Source of the DNA: the human T2T-CHM13v2.0 reference genome, Homo sapiens
Reading direction: 5' to 3' (one strand)
Assembly (NCBI RefSeq): GCF_009914755.1
Contig: NC_060937.1
Length of the DNA: 64,000 bases
The translations under genes and the position numbers were made by a program. Shown here in pieces: positions 54,101-64,000 of this stretch. Position 1 is the stretch's first letter. Each line of letters opens with the position of its first letter. The notes beneath the pieces were generated by a model. The model had not been told where the DNA came from. It worked only from the letters and a program-made list of their open reading frames with translations, and searched no databases.

Positions 54101-56372
54101 TTCCAACGATTTCTGAATATCAGAATCATTTCTGAAGATCACTGAATATCTGGTGGACATCTTCGTTGCTGTTTGTCATAGAACATGTGATCTTGGCCCC
54201 CAGGTTTGTCCTTTTCAGGATGGGTTTCTTTGAGGCATGACTTTAAATGATTTTTGTTTTTCCATTTTTATAATAACTAAGAGTTTCACTTTTGTTCTTG
54301 GTTGGTGGGGATTTAATGAAATGGAGAATTGAGCACCTTCCCAATTAAAGTTGACCAACCAGGCACACGAAAGACATTGACTTTTCAAAGCACAGAGACA
54401 GCCTGAACCCATTATGCATGTGAACGGTACCACACATCAAAATGTCCCATTTAGCCCACTCAAAATTAGCATTAAAATAAAATGGGTAGGTAGACACTTT
54501 TTAAATCTTTTTAAAATTTTGAGGAACAAATCAAGAGAGTAGTTTACAAAGGCAACCCTTGGGCATTGCCTTCCTTCCCATGGAGGAGGGCAGAGCTGAC
54601 TGCGTGTAACCAGGTTTCTGCTGACACCGTCTTCCCCCATCTCCCATCTCAACTGCTGAGTAGAGACAACCCTTCAATTATTATCTTTACTTGATTCTCA
54701 AATCCATAAACACGATGTTAAAGGAAACCTCAACCCCATAATGAGACGTTGTAATACTTTGCATCATGTTTTAAAAACATTTTGGCTCTGATCATAAATG
54801 GGGAGGATATTGTTTAAATAGCAGTACCTCCAGTGAATACAAAAAGATTCCTAGAGTTATCTTCCAATACTTCACAAAAAGCAATTTATTACACAAAATG
54901 TTAGGATGTTTTTATCATTAATAAGAAAATAACTTGATTTTTATAAAATGAAAAAATCATAGCCATATATGTGATTATAAACATATAATTTGTATGTGGT
55001 ATTCATACTGGACTCTATCCTGTCCCCAGCCTACATATACTAGGACTAAATATTACCAGATAAAACACTGGTACAAAACTAGAATATGGGTTTTAAATTA
55101 AGCAAGTCTAACTTTCAAATTGTATGCTTCCTTATGCCATGGATAAGAAAACATTACAAAATGTAAAACTTTCTTGAATTGACACTTCAAATTTTCAAAT
55201 GAATTCAGCCTTTTTGAGGTTTGAATTCCAATTATTTTGGACAAAATGGCACTTCCTGGCCTTGCAGGGAAAAAATATTCTTAAGGGGGCTTCTTGAAAA
55301 TCTTCCTAAAGGATCCTGTCCCTCAGGATGCTTTCCAAGGCAAACAAAGTCTGAAGAGATGAGTGAAAATTAAGTCGATCCCTACAGATTAACTTCCTCC
55401 AGGGATCAGCCCCACCTGGATGTCAAATGGCCTAGGAACAGTCCCACAGGTGTGGTTGGTATTTGCTTCTAGGGTCAGTATCCTCTGATATAAACAAACT
55501 AAAGAGAACTGAGTGTGTTTTTCCTTTGGTTGAAAGTAGAAAAGGCATGAGAAAGGAATCTTGTTTACCCTAATAACTTCAAAATATTTATGAATATTTG
55601 AGTTGGGTTTAATTTCTTTTTAATCTCATCTACCTTATGATGGAAACTGCAAAGCATTTCCCCTATACTCCTTAGATTTTATAGAAGCTTGGCAGAAAAT
55701 TTAGTATTTTCCAATGTACATTGGACATAAATGTGGAATTATAACAAACTATACTATTGTTAGCATCTGGGGCTATACTCCACTTTCATAAATAATGTAA
55801 ATTTACTGACCATTCTGAGGATAAACACCCAAAGATAAACAAATAAAAGTAGATGCTGGTAGCTTCTATTTAATTTAATAGACGTCCAAACATTGGAAAA
55901 TTGCAAAGCAGCAAAAAAAAAACAAAAAAATGTTATGGGGATTGCCCAAAGAACAGGTAGAATTCTATCAGCTCTATTTTCTTTCTTACTATAATTTTTT
56001 TCTAAGTTCCCTAAAGATATTTAATGGGAGATGATTACACAGGGAGTGTGTACAACAGCTGATTTAAAAGCAGGTCAGAATCAGATTTAATGATTTAAAA
56101 ATTACAATTATGATTACAAATACGCGGGGGAAAACTTACACATTGAAAAAACTATCAAAGAATGAAAATACAGTAAAGTGTTAATAGTTTTTTACCTTTG
56201 GGTGATGAGTCCGTTACAGTTTTGATTTTGTTTTTGTTTTATGCCTGTTTGTAATTTGTGTTTTCTGTATTTAGCAGTAACTAAACACACATATGTAATC
56301 TTTATTTTCATGTGAATTATTCAAAGGTAAATGACATAAAACACACACATACGTATATATATTAGAAAATAA

Positions 56373-56698
<326 letters not shown>

Positions 56699-56849
56699 GC
56701 TACAGACCTCTTTAAGAACTCTACTCTTGATAATTGTTTTGGTCTGTTGGTAGAAGTAAGACTATGACATAGTTGAATGACTATATTTACTCTGTGCATT
56801 TATTTTGCAATAAGACTTTCATTGGCAGAGCGCTGGCTTGGTCATTTTG

Positions 56850-57630
56850 GCGTGCCTCTACTGTCCTAATGTCTCAGCAGGACCTCAAACTCAACATGTC
56901 CAAAACAAATACAATTATCCTCCCCTGTGCGGAGTGACACACGCATATATCCCACCTAAATCCGCAGCTTCTGTAACTAATGACAGAATTATGCCAGCCT
57001 TAAAAGTTCTGGAACAGTGGCGGGCTCTTCCCTTCTTCCTCGCCTCCTACTGTGAGATTCAGCAGCCCAAACTCGCTTTGAGCTCTCTTGATTTCCATTG
57101 CCACTGCTCCGTCTCCAGGTTCATTCCCTCTCTGCTTGACTGTTACAGTAGCTTCCTCTTCTTCCTGGCTCTACACTTTATCCTCCTGACATTTAATACA
57201 AACAACTCTTCTGTCATTTGCCCTTAGGAAAACCCCCAGGTTTTTTAGATAGGCCGTCTACTGTCCCAGCTTTGGAGGTCAGGAGCTGGCTGTCACTGCC
57301 CCTGAACAAGCCTGAGCTTCCCTCTGGTGCCTGCACATGGCACGTGATTCTCATGCTCCCCTCCCACCGCTGCCATTTAAAATATTTGCTGTTCCCCAAA
57401 GTGGCTCTTTCATGATGATCACAACCCAATGTGAGTTCCTCCTCTCCTTTGAGCCTCCCTTAGTACTTTATCTGTGTATCTCTCTACATCCATCAAAACC
57501 TACCACAGGAAACACTTACCTGTAAACTCACGTTCTCACACGGGAGGCTCGGGAAGGGTAGCCACTCAATTCCTCTTCTTTGCATCTATGCTTTGCACCA
57601 TGTGAGCCTCTTACCCGCATTGGTTGAATT
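56850..57630 (+). mobile_element. L2 fragment
   Basis: 'cctcaaactcaacatgtccaaaac..tctctgcttgactgttacagtagcttcct'. Confidence 0.6.
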
Positions 57631-59077
57631 TAAAAATATGGATTGCCCTGATACGAAAGATTCTGCAGACTGGAAACCTGGAAATTTCCATTAATAAGTT
57701 GATATCTGTAAGGCTCTCAGAGCAGCGCCTGGCACGTCGTAAGCACTGTGTAAGTGTTATCCACTCGTCCTATTAGCTATTAATCAGAGCTCAAATACAG
57801 GGAAAGGCAATGAATGACTCAGATACTGAACTATGTCAAAAAAGTGAAAACCAAATGGAACAGACACATCTAAAATTCAGAGCCCACCACACACATCACA
57901 ATGTGGGACCCCAGCAAAAAGCCCAGCCCAGCTGAAAACAAAGGTTCCTGAAGTCTGAATGCAAACAAAGGCCAACCTAACGACACCTAAGGGGAGGGGA
58001 ATTGGAGAATGAATTCCCTGGGGGGGACTTCCTGACCCTTTCTGACCTCCAGACTTAGCCCGGGGCTTGGAAAGTCACTCAAGACAGTATCTTTTATCGA
58101 AGTGACTGGTGAGACCAGTCCCAAGGGGAAGATTGACCTTTTTACTTCTTTATAGTGAAAAGTACAATGTGGGAGGGGAAGGTTAAGCTAACCCAGTCTC
58201 TGGAAGGTAACTCCCCTTCCACTTTCTATTGCACGTTTGCAAGAGTTTGTCACCGTCACCTGAGAGAAGCCTGCCTGCTCACCCGCCCACCCGCCAGCAC
58301 TAGGCCTGTGGAAGGCCTGGGAAGTAGGGTGCAACCACTCCCTTCTCAGCTGAGTGCAAAAGAACCACAGCTAGCCCAAGTTGTTCTATAAACCCCTGAG
58401 AAAGAGCCTTCTTGGGAATACGGAGCGTCTAAGGTTCATTCCCAGAAGTAGTGACTGCAATTAACAAGAAAATTTAAAATTTTCAATTTCAGGAAAATTT
58501 CCATTTTAGGCAGAAGCCAGAAAAGAAAAAGGAATAATTCTTCCCTTATGTACAAGTTCGCCTCCCATTTTTTTGCAGGAAGTAATCAGCTTCGTGGTAC
58601 CTCGTTTGAATCAGAAGTTTAGAAATTTATGTAATGATGAGCCTTGTTATGAATCTTAATCAATATTTTTTGTCCAATTTTGTAAGGAAATAGAATTATC
58701 ACATGAAAAACCTCATCTTGTTTCATTGTATTTTAACTCTCATTGATTCCAAAATAATAAAACCTCAGCAACGGCAGCTATTGAAAGTTCTTGGCTCTGA
58801 GACACGAGGATTCTCAGAGAAACTGAAGAGATTACATCCCAGGACACCAGCTATTTATCCTCCATCATTTTACATCTAAAATATTGACAGTGTCCCAGGC
58901 AATTTGCTATTCACAGATCATTTCATTGAGTCAGTACAGCACCCCTAAGAGGTAGAATATTTGTGGTATAGAAAGTCCACACACTCAGAATTCAAAGTAA
59001 GTTTATCATTAAAAAAAAGGTGGAAAAAAAGGAGGGAGATGCTTATCCTATCAGAAACTGGAATCCTCAACCTTTAG

Positions 59078-59349
<272 letters not shown>

Positions 59350-59969
59350 CTTCAGGCTTTTTTTGTAAACACACGAGTTCAGCCAGTTATTCCCTCCAGG
59401 AAAACACCGTCTTTGCTCATAAAGATTTGCTCCATGAGTCAGATATAGGAGAGAGGACCTTATAATCATCAGTACTGGAGGGGAGAAAGGGCCTTTTATT
59501 AATAAGTTACCAAAGCTTGAGAAGCCTCTTTGAAAATAAAGCAAACAACATACATTTTTAAAGGATCCCAATATTTGTCTGGTAAAACATTTCATATTTA
59601 TAAGTGATCAATTGCTTATCGATAGAAGAAAAATAGTAAGGATCTCTTGAATAGTTGAGATCTTAACTTTCTTTGTCTAACTATAGACAGGTAGCATTGT
59701 ATTGTTGGGGAAGGCTGATTCTTCACTGAAATTCATCTTCATTTTTTGTGTGATAAAGCTTAGAGTTTAAGTGGGTTAGCCAAGTTCACATAGCTTACAA
59801 GGAATTGCTTGGATTGGAAATCAGCCCCATTAGAAAGCCCGAAATCTCTGCATTTTTCTATTCTACTTCCCTGATTTGTTTATTTGCAAAGGTCAACGAT
59901 AGCATTTCCCATAGAGGAATTTTGTCATGAGTAAGTGAGATAATAATATGTATAAAAGACTTGGCATAG

Positions 59970-60760
59970 TTTATCGGCTGAACCCTGTGCCCCGAAATTC
60001 ACATGTTGAAGCCTTCACCCTCAGTACCTCAGAACATGACTATATTTGGAGATAGGGCCTTTAAAGAGGTAATTAAGGTTAAATGAGGTCATATGGGTGT
60101 GCTCTAATCCAATGTGATTGGTGTCTATATATATATATGTATATATGTGTCTATATACATGATGAATGGGTGGCCTGTGCAGCAATGGCCAAGATCAAGT
60201 CTCGAGACCTTCACAGGAAGAAGGAGGCGGAGCTGCTGAAACAGCTGGGCGACCTGAAGGTGGAGCGGTCCCAGCTGCGAGTCGCCAAAGTGACAGGCGG
60301 CGAGGCCTCCAAGCTCTCTAAGATTCGAGTTGTCTGCAAGTCCGTTGCCCGTGTTCTCACCGTTATTAACCAGACTCAGAAAGAAAACATCAGGAAATTC
60401 TGCAAGGGCAAGAGATGCGAGCCCCTGACCCTGAGGCCTGAGAAGACTCACGCCAGGCGCCGCCGGCTCAACAAGCCGAGGAGAACCTGAAGACCAAGAA
60501 GCAGCAGCGTTAGGAGCGGCTGTACTCACTGCGGAAAAAAAAAAAAAAAAAAGACACAGACACACACACTGAAAAGATCATGAAAAGACAAGAGAAAGAC
60601 AACCCTCTACGAGCCAAGGAGGAAGCCTCAGACAAAAAAAAAAAAACAAGCCCATCACATGATCGTGGCCTTCCAGCCTCCATAACTGCGAGAAACACAT
60701 CTCTCTTGTTCATGGCGCCCATCTGTGATGCTTTGTTATGGAAGCCCTGCTAAACGAATA
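59970..60760 (+). mobile_element. MLT1B LTR interrupted by the RPL35 retrocopy
   Basis: 'aaattcacatgttgaagcc..ttggagatagggcctttaaagaggtaattaaggttaaatgaggtc..ggtgtc' | 'gacacagacac..cttccagcctccataactgcgag..tttgttatggaagccct'. Confidence 0.85.
60167..60552 (+). pseudogene. RPL35P9: RPL35 (uL29) processed pseudogene, probably RPL35P9
   Basis: ATG 60185 [39 protein letters not shown].. intronless; 1-nt deletion near 60477; TAG at 60511 in the parental frame; A18 tail at 60535-52. The P9 number comes from my memory of the locus and is less certain than the family call. Confidence 0.93.
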
Positions 60761-62173
60761 TGAACATATATTAGGTATTTAGGAAATGTGAGGCTCCTTT
60801 ACCTTGGGAAATATGGAGGCCGGCTGCAATGACAGCGAATAAGCTTCCTCCAGGGTCAAGACATCAGCAACTTCTTGTGCCGTGTGAATGGCTTGGTGTA
60901 CACACGTTGCTGCAAAGTTTGTGTCTTATTTCTTATTTGTGTCTCCCCTTCCAGGCTCAGAGCCCATTGCTTTGCTTATAGTAAGATTCATTAAAAGATG
61001 GAAAAAAAGATGTGAACCCTCAACAAGCCCCTGGCACAGGGCAGGCCCTTTTGAGAAAGTGCATGAACCTTTCATACTGCCAGGCTTTGTGTGGTTAGTA
61101 AGTTCAAGTTGTCTTTTACAGGACGGAAGACAACTTTGGGGGTTTGAAGGAGCAGAGGAAGATGCCTAAACTCCCTGCCTTGTTCTCCTGGAGTAACTGA
61201 AGCAGTGGAAAATCCTATTTATTGATTAGTAATAATACATATTTCGTAATAGTTTTTAAAAGAATAATGGTTCAATTCCCCTCTCTGCCACTTACAGTGA
61301 TAACAGTAAAATTGAAAAATACCTAAGCGCATTTAATTTGCAAGATGGATTCTGCTATTGCCCACACCTGTTGGTAAGAGGTGAGCCCCAAAGCACTGCT
61401 ACCCCGAGGACTTTGTCGCTGCCAGGAGCATGCTGGGTTGTCACATAAATGAGTCACTGACAATAGGGAATCTGACAGCAAGTGTTCCTTGGAAACCACC
61501 CCCAACTAATGGAATAACCCTCCACAACCACCCCAGGTGAAAACAGTGCTTGCCAAGTTCCCATACAGTACTCCATTAAGTCTCAGACTCATAAAATGAG
61601 AAAGAAGCACTGGATGGCCTCTTCAGCTGTTACAGTCCAGCCTGACACTGGGAGACGAGCATCTAGGCTACTGTCAGCATGGTAATAGTTGAAACTTTAA
61701 ACAAATTAAACCTACTTCTTCAGATACTGGTGCATGCCTCAGAGGTTATCATTTTTAGAAACCCAAGCACTGGGAATTGATGTTTCCTGAGCAGGAGATT
61801 GCCAAGAACAAGATCACAAACTTTTGGTGTTTTTCTTTTTAACATATGAGTTCAACCAGACATTACCATATATCACTCTTTACTGAGTCTGAGGGCTTAG
61901 GAGAAGAAACCAAACTGATTTTTTTCTAAGCACGTATTCTATTCAAACATAATGAAACTTAAATGGCTTATTAAAGAAGATGGTAATAATTTTATTAAAA
62001 TGTAGATCAAACGAACAAAAACATTTAAAAAGCCTAGAAACGTTAGTAGCATATAGAAAGCACTCAGGAAACATAGGTGTTACTTTCCATGTGCTGCCAA
62101 TGGTGCTAACAGCAAATAGACTCACAGCTTTAGACATTTTCCTCTCTTTAATGGTTTTTAAAAAGATGACACA

Positions 62174-62440
62174 GGCCAGGCGCGGTGGCTCGTGTCTGTG
62201 ATCCCAGCAATTTGGGATGCTGAGGCGGGAGGATCACTTGAGGTCAGGAATTCGAGAACAACCTGGCCAACATGGTGAAACCCTGTTTCTACTAAAAATA
62301 CAAAAATTAGCTGGGCATGATGTCAGGCACCTGGAAGTTGAGGCAAGAGAATCGCTTGAACCCGGGAGGCGGAGGTTGCAGTGAGCTGAGATCGCGCCAC
62401 TGCACTGCAACCTGGGCGACAGAGCGAGACTCGGTCTCAA

Positions 62441-62479
<39 letters not shown>
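62174..62479 (+). mobile_element. AluS with a small right-arm deletion and an (AAAT)n tail
   Basis: Sense dimer; (AAAT) about x10 at 62439-62479; TSD aagatgacac. Confidence 0.9.
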
Positions 62480-64000
62480 CCAGAAGATGACACTAAGGAA
62501 GCAATGGAAGCTGTAAATACAAGCTCCTAGGTGAGAATTCTGGTGCATGGGGCGTATCGTTGCATTAATTCAATATAATGACTAAACAGCTTTGCAGCAA
62601 TAAGACTGCCTCATCTAGACAGAATCTGATGAATCAACAAGAGGTGTGAGAAAGCAATTATGGATCCAAAATTGATAAGAAATAGTCAAATAAGTTGTGG
62701 AAAGTTGTAAATGATATTTCATAGCTCTAGGAAAATTAAATGTGTTGAATATAAAATACAAAATTATTGGCTAACAGTATGGAACTTGGCTTGTAAATGA
62801 GGAATGGAAGAGAACAGAGAATTATAAACTGGGGAGAAAAGTAAACATTCTATTTAATCTTAGACTTGGCTGTCAGGTTTTTTTTTATTTAAAGTTAAAT
62901 TATTTACAATTGCCTATTGTATTTAACTGCAATATTCACATACATCTTTATAACTTTAGAACATTTTTTATTTTCACGAGGTCTCTAACTATTAAAAGTA
63001 CATTGAACCAAAACACACATGCCTTTTTGTGGTCAGCAGAGAATTCCAATCCATCCATACACATTTGAGACTATTAGCCATAGGCAATGGGTCTTGCACG
63101 ATGCCCTGAAGAATAACATACTGACATGTTCCAGAAGGGCTGCGCGCCCAGCAGAAAATGCACACGACTTTCAAAGTCTTTGAAGAGTAGCCAGATTCCC
63201 TGGGACATTGCTGCTACCTAGGTTAGGCACTTTGTGAATTTATTTTCAGGAGAAAAATAGTATTCTTTAATAACAAACTACTATAACACAGGACAGATAA
63301 ATGAGTGTCTTCTCTCTAGATCTCCATTTCTTGAGGAAGTGGGAGAAGATCTGATGGTCTGTAAATTACCATTTCAGTTCTGACATTCCTCCAATCTTTG
63401 GAAGATAAGTTGCCCTTTAAATGGTTCCCAATAAATATTAATTTTAAACATGGATGAATATGTTATACCTAACCAAACTCTATGTAGCTTATAAAAGTTT
63501 CTTTCAAGTCTACCACTTAAACATGAATCCAACTTTAACTTGATGGATATTATTTCAGAATATATTTTTCATAAAACAGACCTTTAAAAATATATAATGA
63601 TGTGTTTTTGCTTTCATTCCTTGGGTAAATTGGAGCTACTTGGTCTAAGCATTGTTCCAGTGTCTTCGAAGTAACTGTGCATAGGCCAATTGTCTTGGTA
63701 TATGTCACCTAACCCATATTTTGTTTTCCTAGGCTTTGTTTCCTTTTTTAAAGTTGATTTAATGTTTTTCAAAGTATCCTAAGTTTGCCTCATTTCCAGA
63801 TGAACATCCTTTAAAGTTCAGAAATTCATCCCTCTCTGCCTTTTAAGGCTGGAGAACACGTTGGCACTGAATAGTTTGGCAGCAGAGATGGAGAAGCAGC
63901 CTGCACAGGATGAGAACTGGAATTATGGAGGCAGCTGTATTGGGCAGTAGGTTTCCATTAAATGGATGTCTTGGGCTTGCCATCTTTCACTGTAATTGCT

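Overview
Primate, almost certainly human, non-coding genomic DNA. It is about 40% GC and rich in Alu, L1, L2, MIR, MaLR/ERVL LTRs and hAT DNA transposon fossils. I found no intact protein-coding gene, rRNA, tRNA or CRISPR array, and nearly all ORFs in the track are repeat-derived or chance frames. From memory I recognise 10.9-12.15 kb (+) as the 3-exon lncRNA LINC00460 (13q33, in the gene desert next to EFNB2); canonical splice and poly(A) signals in the sequence support that structure. The window also has an RPL35 processed pseudogene inside an MLT1B LTR (60.2-60.55 kb), a heavily decayed RPL23A retrocopy that the ORF track misses (40.6-41.1 kb), and an unidentified poly(A)-tailed retroposed segment inside an MLT1D/E LTR (43.95-44.72 kb). 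The most interesting observations are: (1) two overlapping, competing perfect hairpins on the LINC00460 poly(A) site; (2) three AUGA-coupled small ORFs plus a 74-aa spliced ORF in LINC00460; (3) a 106-bp segment copied from 1,547 bp downstream into an AT-rich palindrome, flanked by a 30-bp duplication; (4) a compact ATF4/UPRE/ESRR motif cluster at 20.1-20.2 kb. Repeat subfamily calls were made by eye against remembered consensus sequences, and their boundaries are approximate.
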